A stretch of 58,286 bases of DNA from Chrysochromulina tobinii (taxonomy: Eukaryota), in NCBI GenBank assembly GCA_001275005.1, contig JWZX01003336.1:1-58286 (forward strand), given 5' to 3'. Shown piece after piece: positions 1 through 12,130 of the stretch. The notes beneath the pieces are model-generated. The model saw nothing but the letters and a program-made list of their open reading frames with translations. It had not been told where the DNA came from and did no database searches. The position numbers and the translations under genes were made by a program. Each line of letters opens with the position of its first letter. Within the stretch, counting starts at the first letter, position 1.

Positions 1-860
1 CGCGAACCGCTCCGCGGTTCACCCCAGCGACACCAGCGCAGCGGACGATCGAGCTCTGACAAGATGTGACATGACGACGTCTTCGCGCAAAAAAAAAAGA
101 AAAACAAAATCCGCAAAAATCGTTGCAGGATTGCAGTCTCTGATTTTTGATGAATTTCGCGGAATCCTGATTGACACCCCGAATCCATCGATTAAGTAAC
201 TGACACCCTGCAACCGATACCCGCGCAGGAACTTAACTAACCGTTAACTAACCCAATCTCGTCACCGCCCTCCCCCTCAGGGGGTGGGTGCGGCCGGCTC
301 CTCATAAGGGGTCGGTCATGACGAGGACCACCACGACACCGTCGCCCTACGGCGCGACGCCCCCCCATCCGGGGGCGGGCCGTGAAACGCATCGAAAAAT
401 CCTCCCCGGGGTGGATGGTTTTTCTACAACCTCCCGAACTTCCCCTACGGAAAAGGGGGGTTCGATGTGTCGGGAGGGGGGGGGTAAGGGGTCACCGGGT
501 GTCATCACACTGATGAACCCCGGACCGTATTGGCCGTTATACTTGTGGGGGTTCCACTTAGGGGGGGATCAACGAACCGCCCCCTGCCAAGGGGGAGTTC
601 TAGCCGCCCGAAGGTTACCCGCCTCGTTAGGTACGGTCCGGTGAGACAAAACAAACTTTTCTGAAGCTCATACTCAGTTTCTACGACATCCTCTCTCTCG
701 CTCTCGTCAGCCGCGCGGTCTCAGTGTCCCATACGACTACGTTCCCAATACATGACACTCGAGAGAGCGAAGTCCAAGAGCGAGTGAAGCGAGCGCGTGT
801 TGCTGCCACACGCCCTGCCGTCCGCTAACTGAATTGCCGTGCAGTCCTGCGGGTGAGGTT

Positions 861-2291
861 TTATCGGAATTGGACGTGCACGTGCTGGCCACCGTGGTGC
901 ATCCAGTGGCCCTGCTGCTGTTGCTGCTGACCCTCGCCTGGGTTGCCCGTCACGTCCTCGCCCGCATCGTACTTCTTGCGCAGGTCCTCGTCTGAAAGAA
1001 CCTCGTACGCCAGCGCGATCGCCTTGAACTTGATCTCCGCCTCCTCATCGCCCTTGTTCTTGTCGGGATGCCACTCGACGGCGAGCTTGTGATAGGCACG
1101 CTTGATCTCGCGTGCGGAGGCGCCGCGCGTCACGTTGAGTAGCTTGTAGTAGTCGACCTCCTTAGAGCGCTTGAAGAGCTTTTCCGCCTGCTCGAGCCCC
1201 TTGCGCGCGTCCTGTGAGTGCTCGTCCATCTCGAGGACCTGCTTGAAGCCGGCGATCGCCTCCTCAAACCTCTCGGCGAGCATGAGCGCCTCGGAGTGGA
1301 GCAGCCTCGAGGACATCGAGCCCGAGTCATGCTGCGTGTGCTGCTCGCACACCTTGAGAGCGTCCTCCGTCCGTCGCAGCCTGATGTTGCACGTGCAGAG
1401 ATCCCTATAAAGTGTGGAGCGGTACACGTTGGGAGGTGCGAGCGCGAGCGCCTCGTCGAGCAGCACGCGCGCCTCTTCGTACTGCTCCTCGCGTTCGAGC
1501 TGCTTCATGCGCCCCTTGCCCTCCACGTCCTTGCCCATCACCGCCTCAATCTTCTCGAGCACCTTGGCGACCTTTTTGGCATGCTTGTAGTCGGCTTTGC
1601 ACTTGGTGTGCTCGGGGTCGAGCTTGAGCGCCTCGCGGAAGTGGCGCAGCGCGAGCTCGGTGTTGCCCATCACCCAGAACTGCTTGCCACGCTTGTAAAG
1701 CTGGTTCAGTGCATCGTCCGCACTGAACTCCTCCTCCTTCTTCTCCTCCGCTCTGCCGCTCGGCTGCCGGTTGGCGCGCTGCTCGCGCAGCCAGCGCCAC
1801 TGCTGCTCGCAGCGGTCGTTGCACGTGAACTCCTCGTGCTCGCAGCTGGACTCGGCTGCGCGTACACCGCCTTCGCACTCGCAGTAGCCGCTCCAGCCGT
1901 GCTTGATCCGCACGTGGCAGTCTTGGTCCGACTGTGGCTGCCGTTTGCCGCTCGCGGAACAGTCGCCCGTCTGCCGCCACTTGACGCACTTCGTGGTGCC
2001 GGCACTAGCCGTGTCTCCCGCGGCCGCGCTCGTGCCATCGCACCGGCCGCACGTCATCTTGCACTCGGTCCACACCGCCGAGCTGCCGAGGCCCGGCGGC
2101 GGCGTCCGCCACACATCGCTGAAGGCTCGGTTGCAGTCGTTCTTGAGCTGTGGGCACGTGACCGACGGGCTCGGGCAGCCGTCCTCGTTGCACGGCCACG
2201 GGCCGCCGTCTTCGCACCCGGCGGCCGCCGCCAGGTCCGCGTAGAGGCCCGACGCGAGAAGAGCCAGCCTCGTAAGTACAGAGCCGGCCAT
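861..2291 (-). CDS. ER-type DnaJ/TPR co-chaperone (DNAJC3/P58IPK-like) with Cys-rich N-terminal modules
   Basis: Intronless 476-aa ORF. Hydrophobic signal peptide, Cys-rich region, TPR repeats ([15 protein letters not shown]), and a C-terminal J domain (DYYKLLNV...[13 protein letters not shown]...AYEVLSD) with intact HPD. Confidence 0.88.
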   Translation of the reverse strand: MAGSVLTRLALLASGLYADLAAAAGCEDGGPWPCNEDGCPSPSVTCPQLKNDCNRAFSDVWRTPPPGLGSSAVWTECKMTCGRCDGTSAAAGDTASAGTTKCVKWRQTGDCSASGKRQPQSDQDCHVRIKHGWSGYCECEGGVRAAESSCEHEEFTCNDRCEQQWRWLREQRANRQPSGRAEEKKEEEFSADDALNQLYKRGKQFWVMGNTELALRHFREALKLDPEHTKCKADYKHAKKVAKVLEKIEAVMGKDVEGKGRMKQLEREEQYEEARVLLDEALALAPPNVYRSTLYRDLCTCNIRLRRTEDALKVCEQHTQHDSGSMSSRLLHSEALMLAERFEEAIAGFKQVLEMDEHSQDARKGLEQAEKLFKRSKEVDYYKLLNVTRGASAREIKRAYHKLAVEWHPDKNKGDEEAEIKFKAIALAYEVLSDEDLRKKYDAGEDVTGNPGEGQQQQQQGHWMHHGGQHVHVQFR

Positions 2292-2651
2292 GACACGTCA
2301 GCAAGAACCGCACCCATTTCTGAATCTTCGCGCGTTGTGTTGAACAGAACTGAGCTCTGCCATTATAGCGCCCGTGCGGCCCCCGTGCTTGGCGGGACCT
2401 CAAGTGTGTAGTGTCAGTGTAGTGTCTAGACGGACTGTCCTTCAAGCAGCAGCGCAACTCGGCACGTCCGCGTGGGCGCTCATCTACGGCGGCGGGCCGC
2501 CGCCGGACTCGCTGAGCAAGTTCCAGGAGATGGAGGAGTGTGAGATTGGCCAGGCTCTGTGTAGCTCTTCAAGTTACGATGTGCCCAATAAAACGCCTGA
2601 ATAAAACGCCCCCGTTTGTCGTTCTGACTTTTACTCGCTGCGAGCGCCAGG

Positions 2652-5600
2652 ATGCCAGCCATCAAGCCTGTCGGCCTGGGCGGTGACCCGGCCTCGTGGC
2701 CTGCTGGCAAGGCGTCCTCGTTGGTCAAGTCGCTGCGCGCTGACAGGCCAGCGCCGCTGTCGCGCGCCGAGCGCATCCGGCGCTTTGGCGTCGACTGCGG
2801 CGACGGCCTGGTCTGGCAGCCGACCTGGGTGCCCGGCGGTGAGTACACGAAGACACTCACTGTCAAGAACGTATCCAAGCAGGCCGTCACCGTCAAGTAT
2901 AAGCTGCCGGACAGCAAATTCTTTAGCATGGCCTTTCCAGAGAAGATCATGCTCAATGCTGGCTTGTCGAAGACGGTGGAGGTTAGCTTCCGGCCGCAGC
3001 TGCTGGAGCCGTACGATGAAGTCATCGAATTCACGACGGACACGGGCTCGTTCGTCGTGCCCATCCGCGCGATGATTCCGACCGTCGCGTGCCACGTACC
3101 CACGCACCTCGACTTTGGTTTCTGCCCGGTGAATGACGTTGAGACGCGCTCCTTCCACGTGACCAACGATGGCGAGCTGCCCATCGAGTTTAGCCTGAGC
3201 TGCGAGGCGCCATTCACGCTGAAGCCCACGAGCGGCACGGTGCAACCGCGCCAGCACGCGAGCATTGAGGTCACCTTTATTCCCAAGGATGCGTCGGTCT
3301 TCGTCGCGCAGTGCGTGTGCACCGTGGCTGGCGACAGGTCGCACACGATCAAGATCGGCGGCATCGGCAAGTACCCGTTCCTCACGTGCTCATCGGAGCG
3401 CATCGACTGCGGCGCGGTGCTCACCAGCAACACGTTGACGAAGCACTTCAAGCTGCGCAACACGTCGCTCGTCTTCGCGCGCTTCGAGCTCGTGCGCGTC
3501 GACAACGACGTAGAGCCCAGCTTCGTCTTCCACCCGACGAGCGGCATCATCCCGCCCGACGGCGAGCTCGACGTAGGCGTGCAGTTCCGGCCCAAGGTGA
3601 CGGGCACGTTCACGTGCGACCACTACGAGGTGCGCACGCCCGGCGGCAACACGGTGCCCATCGAGTGCTCCGGCGAGGCCGTCGGGCCCGAGCTCGTCCT
3701 CTCCAAGGAGGTGATCAATTTCAACGACGTGATCATCCAGCTGCCGCGCCAGAGCTCGTCGCGCATCTTCGAGATCCACAACAAGTCGGAGATCCCGGTG
3801 CCGTTCCAGCTGCACTCGATCGAACCCAACGGACTCTTCACGCTCGAGCCCGCACACGGCGTCGTGCCCCCCAACCTCTCCGCGCATGTCACCTTCACCT
3901 TCTCGCCGCCGGAGCCGGGCAACTACTACCGGCGCGTCTACGTGCTCTTCCACAACGCGGCGCCCAAAGCGGTGGACCTGATCGGCTCGGGCTACACGGA
4001 GAAGCGGCGGCCCATGCCGATCGCGCCGCGCTTCGTGGCCGAGTACCTGCACCGCGAGCTGCGTAACCAGCATAGGCTGACACCGGACGAGCTGCAGGCC
4101 AAGGCGGACTTGCGCCGGATGGCGATGGCGTCGGGCGCCGTGGCCGACGACGATGGCGAGCTCTTTGACCCAACGGTCTCGGAGATGTCGACGATGGTGA
4201 CCGACCCGCGCTCCGAGGTGGCGCTCATGCGCGGCCTCTTCCGCGGCGCGTGCTGGCGCCAGGGCGCCGTCTACTTCGAGGAGGATAGGGTTGCCTTCGG
4301 CGAGGGCTCCCGCATCAAAATCTCCGAAGCGCGTACGGTGCGCCTGGTCAACCGGACCAACGGCAAGCTCACGGTGCAGTGGGCCGTGCCCAACGGCTAC
4401 GTCAACGGTGGGCCCAAGGACCTCAAGGCCGCCGTCTTCGCCGTCACGCCCGCGCAGTGCGACGTGGGACCCAACTCAACGGCCGAGTTCGCGGTCCAGT
4501 TTCGGCCGCAGTCGGATCAGCAATACTACGTGCAGTCCCTAGAGTGTTACTGCTCCTTCAAGTCGATGCGCACGTTCCGGCTGGTGACCGAGGACAGCTT
4601 TGCGCTGCCCTGGTGCCTCTCGCTCACCGCCTCAGGGTACACCTTCGCGGCGGGCGCTGAGCAGTTCATCCCGCGGGGGATCCTCTCTCACTCCTTGCTC
4701 ACCTTCCCCGCGGTGCACTGCGGCGACGCCTCCTTCCAAACGATCTCGATTCGAAACGACAACGACACGCCGATGCTCTTCGAGGTGTCCGACCTGGCCT
4801 CCTCCTTTGCCATCCTGCCCGCCGTCGGCGTCGTCCCGGCGGGAGAGACCCAGCTGCTCGCTGTGCGCTTCCAACCTGCCGATGCGAGGCGCTACCGCAC
4901 CACCGCGATGCTCACGCTCAACAACGACGGCGGCGCGGCCATCCCGCTTCAGCTCGTGGGCACCGGGTGCAAGGCTGCGCTCACGATGCCCTCGAAGCTC
5001 TACATGCCAACCGCGTGCGTGGGCGCCGCGTCGCATGCGAAGCTCACCTTGACGAACCCGAGCCGGCTGCCCCTCGCGTACGAATGGGATATCCCCGAGA
5101 AGCTCGTCGGGCTGCTCACCGTCGACTGCCCCGCGGGTGTGCTGCGTGGGCGCGAGTCCATCGAGCTCGACTGGAGGTTTGCGCCCAACGCAGACCGGAC
5201 GTACCTTGCCAAGGTGCCCTGCCTCGTCTCGCCCCTCGATGACGGCGTCGACGGCGGCAACCACGAGATCGTCAAGCAGATCTTGCACGTGAGCGGAGTC
5301 GGCTCGTCGGGCGTCATCCAAGCGGATCCGCCCGTAGTCGACTTCAAGACGGTGCTCGTGGGCAACTCGCACCGGCGCACGCTCACGCTGATCAACTCGA
5401 GCCCTGTCGACCTGTGGTACTCCCTCTCGTTCACGCGCGAGGGCGACCCGGCCTTGCACGTGTCTGGCCTGCGAGCGGACGAGCTGATCCACTGCGAGCA
5501 GAACGAGGGCCTCGTGCCCGCACGCAACACGATGGACGTGAAGCTGGTGCTGAAGCCGCCGCGGCGCGAGACGTTCGAGTTCTCGGTGCGCTGCACGCTG

Positions 5601-8162
5601 CGGCCGGGCAAGTCGGCCGGGCTCGGCAACTCGACACGGACCGCGGGCGGCGTGCCTCTGTCGCCTGAGCCTCCAGAGCACCACCCGTCGCTGCCGCTCG
5701 GGCTTGGTGAGCTGCTCGGCCCGCCGCGCGAGCTGTGCCGCGTGACGGCGATGGCCGACTTTCCGCAGCTGCAGGTCTGCGACGTGCGGCTCGCGGGCGT
5801 TTCGCAGGAGATCTTGTGGCAGCAGCTGCGAGTGCCCGAGCTCAACGCCGAGCTGCGCAGTATCTTGTCCGAGGCAGAGCTCAAGGTGATGAGCTCTGAG
5901 GGCGCCTCGAGCATGGGCGACATTGCGTCGCTTCAGGCGACGCTGCCGGTGGTCGATATGATGATGCCGCCCGCGCTGCCCGGCGACCCGACCATGACGC
6001 TCCACCTGCTCGTGCGCAACGTGGGCGAGCTCGGCGCCTCCTTCCGTCTGCGCTACCCGACCGAGATGGAGCTGCAGATCGAGCACTGGGCCGACAAGGG
6101 CGAGCCGACGGCCCGGGAGCTCAAGCAGCATCTGATCGTTGACAAGGGCGTGCTCGCGGTCTCTCCCAAGATGGCGGAGCTCGCGCCCGGCGAGGATGTC
6201 GAGCTGCTTGTCAAGATGCGTCACTTCCGCGCCGACGACTACGAGCTGCCCGTGCTGCTCCAGATCACGTCGGGACGGCAGCTCACGCTCAACATCAAGG
6301 GTCGGACGCTCGCGCTCGGCGAAAAGTACCTGCACATCCCGCTGCGCGAAGTCGTCCTTCCACCGACCCCGATCGGGCTGCAGACGCCGCAGCGGCACAC
6401 ATTCGAGCTGCCCAACTATTCGGACGTGCCGTTGCCTTTCGAGGTCCAGCTGCAGCAGGTGTATAACCTCAACGCGTCCAATTTCAACTTCCCCATCCTC
6501 GTGTGCGAGAACCCGTCGGGCATCATCCCGCCTGGCGGCGTGGCGCACGTCGCCTTCCGATTCAACCCACTCGAGGTTAAAGATTATCACGTGGCGCTGC
6601 CCGTCGCACTCGGCGCTGCGGGCACGCGCACGTTCGTGCTGCTTGCCTCGGGCTACCACCCACGCGAGCCCACGGAGTACGAGGCCTTCTTGAGCCGGCA
6701 GCGCGAGCTGATGCCGCCCGCGCAGCAGCTGATCCCCGAGAGGCAGCCTATGCGCCTCTCTTTTGATCGCGCGCTCTTTGGGCAGGTGCCGCAGGGTGCG
6801 ACCTTGCGCAAGCTGCTCGTGCTGCGCAACGTGCACTCAATGCCGTGCGACTTTGCTTGGGATACCACCCATCCCCTGTGGGGCACCATCCTCTCCATCT
6901 ACCCCTCCTCGGGCACCGTGGGCGCGGGCAAGCACCTGTGCTGCAAGTTGTCCCTCAACGGTATCGGGCCGCCCGAGGAGCTCCGCACGCACCTCACGTG
7001 CATGCTCTCGCCGCACATCGACCCGAACGCGCTCACTGAGACCGAGCGGCTCGCAGCTGCCAACGCCTTCGCCACGGGCACGCTTGGGCTGCTGCCAGCG
7101 ACCCACCCGCTCGCGGCGGGGACCGCGCTGCGCCCGCGATCAGACTCGCGCATCCCTGTGACCGAGCTTCAGCCCAAGCTGCGCGGGCTGCAGGCGCTCA
7201 TTCACATCGAGGAGCGAGAATCGCGCCGGCAGGCGGCCGCTGCGGGCATGACCGCGCAGGAGTACGCGATGACAGCCGCTGCGTCGCAGGTGCAGCAGGT
7301 GACGCTGCCGCCCTCGCAGGCGGGCGACCTCGGCCCAGCGCCGCCGCCGCCGCCGCCGCAGCTCCTGCTCGATGTGCGCGCGTGCATCTCACCGACCGAA
7401 GTGCTCGCAGCCGGCGGCGTCGACATGACGCGCTTCTACCTGCCGCGTGCGCTGCAGCCGACCGAGTTCCCGCCGCCGCCCTCGGCTGGCACTGCCACCT
7501 CGAGCCCGAGGACGCTGCCACCCGTGCAGGCGGAGCAACGCGAGACCGTCGAGGTGCTCGTCGCGATGATGCTTGATGAGGTGCTCAACGACAATACCAT
7601 CCGGCGCGCCATCAACTCCGTCGATGTCGAGCCCACGCCCTGGTTCCGCCAGATCACCGAGTCGCGCTTGCCCGGCGCCGCCGCGGCCGCGGCCGCAGTC
7701 GCAGCGGCCGAAGAGGACGCAGCGGAGGACGCAGCGGCCGCAGCCTCGCGCAGGCAATCTCGCAGGCCGAGCACGGAGGTCGTCAACGCGCCGACGGCGC
7801 AGGGCTTCGCCGCCGTCGCGGGTGCGACCGGCCAGGGCTTTGGAGCCGCCGTGCCGCCGCCCGCCGCCCCAGCGTCGGTGGCAGACGTGGACATTGCCGA
7901 CCAGACCCTCGAAGCTCAGATTGAGGCGGCCGATCGGCTCGCGCGCGCGCAGCGTCGAGCGGCGGAGGTGGAGCGCAGGCGTCGCGAGGCCGAGACGTCG
8001 GCGCGCGTGCGCGGCGGCGCCGAGTTCCAGGAGCTCGTGGCGTACGTGCTCGAGGGGACGCTCTTCAATCTCGTATCCGAGGTGTCGCTCGGCGAGTTCC
8101 CGCTCGACACGGTGCCGCGCCAGATAGTGAGATCCGTCGAGATCGCGCCGGAGGGGCCGTGA
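2652..8162 (+). CDS. CFAP65: Cilia- and flagella-associated protein 65 (CCDC108)-like, multiple ASH/MSP Ig-like domains
   Basis: 1836-aa intronless ORF with repeated ASH-type motifs (LDFG...VTNDG...F.P..G...P....I.V.F.P). N-terminus FGVDC...W.PGGEYTKTLTVKNV resembles CFAP65 family members as I recall them. Confidence 0.8.
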   Translation: MPAIKPVGLGGDPASWPAGKASSLVKSLRADRPAPLSRAERIRRFGVDCGDGLVWQPTWVPGGEYTKTLTVKNVSKQAVTVKYKLPDSKFFSMAFPEKIMLNAGLSKTVEVSFRPQLLEPYDEVIEFTTDTGSFVVPIRAMIPTVACHVPTHLDFGFCPVNDVETRSFHVTNDGELPIEFSLSCEAPFTLKPTSGTVQPRQHASIEVTFIPKDASVFVAQCVCTVAGDRSHTIKIGGIGKYPFLTCSSERIDCGAVLTSNTLTKHFKLRNTSLVFARFELVRVDNDVEPSFVFHPTSGIIPPDGELDVGVQFRPKVTGTFTCDHYEVRTPGGNTVPIECSGEAVGPELVLSKEVINFNDVIIQLPRQSSSRIFEIHNKSEIPVPFQLHSIEPNGLFTLEPAHGVVPPNLSAHVTFTFSPPEPGNYYRRVYVLFHNAAPKAVDLIGSGYTEKRRPMPIAPRFVAEYLHRELRNQHRLTPDELQAKADLRRMAMASGAVADDDGELFDPTVSEMSTMVTDPRSEVALMRGLFRGACWRQGAVYFEEDRVAFGEGSRIKISEARTVRLVNRTNGKLTVQWAVPNGYVNGGPKDLKAAVFAVTPAQCDVGPNSTAEFAVQFRPQSDQQYYVQSLECYCSFKSMRTFRLVTEDSFALPWCLSLTASGYTFAAGAEQFIPRGILSHSLLTFPAVHCGDASFQTISIRNDNDTPMLFEVSDLASSFAILPAVGVVPAGETQLLAVRFQPADARRYRTTAMLTLNNDGGAAIPLQLVGTGCKAALTMPSKLYMPTACVGAASHAKLTLTNPSRLPLAYEWDIPEKLVGLLTVDCPAGVLRGRESIELDWRFAPNADRTYLAKVPCLVSPLDDGVDGGNHEIVKQILHVSGVGSSGVIQADPPVVDFKTVLVGNSHRRTLTLINSSPVDLWYSLSFTREGDPALHVSGLRADELIHCEQNEGLVPARNTMDVKLVLKPPRRETFEFSVRCTLRPGKSAGLGNSTRTAGGVPLSPEPPEHHPSLPLGLGELLGPPRELCRVTAMADFPQLQVCDVRLAGVSQEILWQQLRVPELNAELRSILSEAELKVMSSEGASSMGDIASLQATLPVVDMMMPPALPGDPTMTLHLLVRNVGELGASFRLRYPTEMELQIEHWADKGEPTARELKQHLIVDKGVLAVSPKMAELAPGEDVELLVKMRHFRADDYELPVLLQITSGRQLTLNIKGRTLALGEKYLHIPLREVVLPPTPIGLQTPQRHTFELPNYSDVPLPFEVQLQQVYNLNASNFNFPILVCENPSGIIPPGGVAHVAFRFNPLEVKDYHVALPVALGAAGTRTFVLLASGYHPREPTEYEAFLSRQRELMPPAQQLIPERQPMRLSFDRALFGQVPQGATLRKLLVLRNVHSMPCDFAWDTTHPLWGTILSIYPSSGTVGAGKHLCCKLSLNGIGPPEELRTHLTCMLSPHIDPNALTETERLAAANAFATGTLGLLPATHPLAAGTALRPRSDSRIPVTELQPKLRGLQALIHIEERESRRQAAAAGMTAQEYAMTAAASQVQQVTLPPSQAGDLGPAPPPPPPQLLLDVRACISPTEVLAAGGVDMTRFYLPRALQPTEFPPPPSAGTATSSPRTLPPVQAEQRETVEVLVAMMLDEVLNDNTIRRAINSVDVEPTPWFRQITESRLPGAAAAAAAVAAAEEDAAEDAAAAASRRQSRRPSTEVVNAPTAQGFAAVAGATGQGFGAAVPPPAAPASVADVDIADQTLEAQIEAADRLARAQRRAAEVERRRREAETSARVRGGAEFQELVAYVLEGTLFNLVSEVSLGEFPLDTVPRQIVRSVEIAPEGP

Positions 8163-8630
8163 CGAGCGACACAGGAGCCGTGCTGTGTGCGTGAGTGATG
8201 ACGGTGGTCGAGTGCTGTGTCCCAGTGATGTCTCATGAGTGTGACCGACCGAGTCGACCTACGATGTCGCCGGCGCAACGCGCTGCATGCGTCAAGTTGT
8301 TGAGTGTACCAGTCTCTGTGAGTCGCGCGTTTTAAGTTAACCGTTTATGGTTTATGATGAGTCGCCTGTCCGCGCAGGGCTCGAGCCCGCACACGCGCAC
8401 GACGTACGAGAGTCGCGGACTCAGTCTCAGAACGTCCTCAGAAGCGAGAAGGCAGCTGTCCACCTGACCACCTCGTCCAAACCTCGTCCATTCTCGTACG
8501 TGAGCTCGTTAATGGATATATTTTGAATGCCGCAGACGCTCGCCAGGATGTACAAATCAAAAATATCGAAATGTGGAATTTGCATGCGCGTGCGCGTGCA
8601 CCGGCCACAAAACAACAATCAAGATTCAAG

Positions 8631-10106
8631 ATGAAGCTGGTCATCCTTGTCGGGATCGCACTTGTATCTGCACAAGATGTATATAGATTGCACGACGCTG
8701 CGAGAGAAGGCGACGTTGATAAATTGAAGGCTCTGGTGGCGGCGGGTGCATCGCTTGAAGCGCAGGCTGATAACGAAGCCACGCCACTGCACTTGGCTGC
8801 GATGCACGGCCAGACAGAGTCGATCAAGGCGCTGGTGGAGGCGGGTGCGTTGGTTGATGCGCAGGCTCGTGACAAATACACGCCACTGCACTTGGCTGCG
8901 GAGCACGGCCATACAGAATCGGTCGAGGCGCTACTCGCGGTAGGTGCGTCAGTTCATGCGCGGGCAGACCGTGGAACCACGGCGCTGCACAAGGCAGCGA
9001 TGAACGGCCACTCTGAGTCCACCAAAGCGCTGTTGGCAGCAGGCGCATCAGTCAATGCGCAGGGCGACAACAGAGCCCTGCCGCTGCACTGGGCTGCATT
9101 TCAGGGCCATTCGCATACTATCCTTGTGTTGCTGGAGGCGGGCGCATCGGCCGAGGCGCAGGATGACCAGAAAATCACCCCGCTGCACTGGGCTGCGGGG
9201 GGAGACCATACAGAGTCGATCAAGGTGCTGTTGGCGGCGGGTGCGGCTGTGGATATGCAGGATAAGAACAATGCGACGCCGCTACACTGGGCTGCGAAGA
9301 AAGGCCATACCCAGTCGATCATAGTATTGGTGTCGGCGGGTGCATATGTGGATGCGCAGGGCGGCGGCGCTTCGCTCGAGGCGCACGGTGACAAGAAGGC
9401 GACGCCCCTTCACATGGCCGCAATGCACGGCCACTCGGAGTCGATCAAGGCGCTGGTGGCGGCGGGTGCAACGGTGGATGCGCGCGACGACGAGAACGCC
9501 ACGCCACTGCACTGGGCTGCTGGGACGGGTGATCTCAACACTGATTCTCTCTGAGTCCGTCTGACTGAATCCGTCTCATCGCAGGCCTTTGTTGGTGTCT
9601 GTTGGTGTGACTGATTGCCTCCCTCATCAAGTAGCAGGTACCAAGGAGCACCTGATGACCTCTGATGACCTATGATGACCTCTGATGACCTCTGACGGCC
9701 TTATTCCTCAGGTACCCCGGAGTGGTCCAGCAATGCGGAGTCGATCGAGGCGCTCGTGGTGGCGGGTGCGCCGCTCGAGGCGCACAACGACAAGAAAGCC
9801 ACCCCGTTGCACTTGGCGGCGATGCACGGCTATCCTGACTCAGTCAAGGCACTGGTGGCAGCGGGTGCGTCGCTGGGGTCGCAGGGTGACAAGAAAGCCA
9901 CCCCGTTGCACTTGGCGGCGATGCACGGCAGACTGGATTCGATCATTGTGCTCCTCGCGGCAGGTGCGTCGGTCGATGCGCTGGACGACGAAAATTCCAC
10001 GCCGCTTCACATGGCCACGGAGCAGGGCCGTTCGGAGTCGATCGAGGTGCTGGTGGCGGCGCGTGCGGCGCTTGAGACTCGAACCGACGAAAAAGACGAA
10101 GTGTGA
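8631..10106 (+). CDS. Secreted/ER ankyrin-repeat protein, 2 exons (approx. 8631-9528, 9712-10106)
   Basis: Signal peptide MKLVILVGIALVSA; >10 TPLH.AA..G ankyrin repeats. A GT(9529)...CCTCAG(9711) intron rejoins the two ORFs in frame. Confidence 0.85.
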
Positions 10107-10382
10107 TCGCAACTGCGTCGCGCCACGTCCGCGCCTCTGAAGCAACGTGAGCGAGGGGAGAGAGATGGAGGTTCACTCGACCGGTAGGAAACGAAAGTTT
10201 GCTTTGGGTGACCGGACCATACCCCCCCGGTACCTAGTACACGCACGCACCCTAGGGTCAGCATGCCTTCTCGAACATGATGGGCGCGTAGTATGAACTT
10301 ACAGGTGTTGAGACCAGACAGTATGGTACGCATGATGGTACGGTCTGCGGTGATACATGCACAGACTCTTTAGCCGCTCTCA

Positions 10383-11835
10383 CTAAGAGGGCGGCGACTG
10401 GCCGGGCGTGAGCAGCGTCAAGGCTGCTGGGAGCACAGTCGTCTTGAGGGGCGTAACTCCTATGATATCGCCGTCAACCATCAGCTCCAGTGGCGGCTGC
10501 CCAGCCGCCGTCGCGAGCTCGATTGAGGAGGTCGCGAACTTGTACGACACGAGCTTGTCGTGGATGTGCTTACCGCCGGCCTTGATCATGCCATCGAGCT
10601 TGAGCGCCTTGAGCACACCAATATGGCTGGGCGTGTACATGATGTCGATCTTGCCATCGTCGAGCTGCGCCCTCGGGCACACGCGGATCGAGGCGCCCGT
10701 GTGCTTGTTGTTCATCATGCAAATGACGAAACAGCCAAACTCGTGTTTCTCGCCGTCGATGGTGAACGTACACGGAGGGGACTTGCGACCAAATGCGAGC
10801 TTCACGATCTCGAGCGTCTGGGTGAACGAGTACCTGGTTCATCAGAGGCCATCAGAGGTCATCAGGTCCTCAGAGCAATCAGATGATGGGTGAACGAGTA
10901 CCTGGTTCATCAGAGGTCATCAGAGGTCATCAGGTCATCAGAGCAATCAGATGATGGGTGAACGAGTACCTGGCGGGGCCCATCCAGCGGCGCGTCTCGG
11001 CCTTGGCATTGATGACGACGCCAAAGCCCGCGGTCACAATGTTGATCGAGTACCGGGTGAGAGGCGTCGTGCCGTCCGGTCCGAAGCACTCCAGCCTGGA
11101 CAAGTCCACCTTGCGCGTGAGACCGCCCATGATGACGGCGACGGCCGCGCGCACGGCTGCCTCGCCGCGCTGCTTCTTGCCCATCACGTCGTGCATGAAC
11201 GTGTTGCCGGTGCCGCCGGGCAGGAAGCCGATGGCGCAAGATGGTTGCGGCTCGCGGCGCATGAAACCGTTGATTACCTCGGAGAGCGTGCCGTCGCCTC
11301 CAAGTGCGCAGAGAGCGTCCACTCCGGTCAAGTCCGCGGTTTCAGCGAGGCCCACGCCGTGGCCGGAGTGCTGTGTGGCCAGTGCAACCACCTCGACGCC
11401 GGCCTCCTTGAATGCAGGGTTCACCACGTTGTCCATGAGCTTCTGGCCGCGCTTGCCACCTGATACAGGGTTGTAAATGACAACGACCTTTTTAACCGAG
11501 ATGGCCTCGCTCGCCGCCGTAGTGAATGGCGCGAGTAGCGGCGGCTTGCCCTTTGTTGAAGCTGGTGGAGCTTCAGGAGGTCCCGGTGGTGGTGAAGCGG
11601 GCGTCACCGCCACCACCTCCGGGATCTCAACCGCCACCGCCGGGATCTCAACCGCCTCGGGTGTCACCGGCGCCGGAACCTCCTTCATCTCAGTTGAAGT
11701 GGGCATATCAACTACCGCCGCCGAACCCTCCTGAGCCTCGGTTGAAGCGGGTGGTGGTGGCGGATACTCCGGAGCCTCGGTTGAAGCGGGCGTGTCGACC
11801 ACTGCCACTGCGACTTCTCCAACCTCGGATGCCAT
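10383..11835 (-). CDS. Diacylglycerol/sphingosine kinase (YegS/DAGKc) family protein, 2 exons (11835-10970, 10833-10383)
   Basis: Motifs NPVSG, GGDGTLSEVING, LPGGTGN, AQLDDG and VDGD. Intron 10834-10969 restores ...GPARYSFTQTLEIVK... Confidence 0.9.
10834..10969 (-). mobile_element. Introner-like intron made of two 68-nt units, each starting with a copy of the downstream exon start
   Basis: CCAG|GTACTCGTTCACCCA occurs 3 times (donor, internal, acceptor), separated by (CTGATGACCT)-type repeats. Confidence 0.75.
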
Positions 11836-12130
11836 TGCGACACAGGGGCGGATCGGAATCAAATTCGGAATGGGGAGGAATCTTGCACAGGAATCTCCGG
11901 TTTTGAGGTCGTGCCCACAACCGCGCTCAAATTGCAAGAAAGCTCCGCTGCGTACGGTCAACGCTAGTACTGAGTACATTGTAATCGCTCTCGTGGGCTA
12001 GGGACCCTCGTAGGTCCCTTGGCTCGACTCGATCCCTACACGTTTCACAGGTCCTACGCATTCGAGCCCTGGGCGGGAACCTGACCCCACAGGATTGAAA
12101 CGACACGTCTCAGTCGCTGCGCCGGCAAAA

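Noticed and set aside
288..644. 118-aa ORF
   Set aside because: GTG start, atypical composition and no domain features; likely non-coding.
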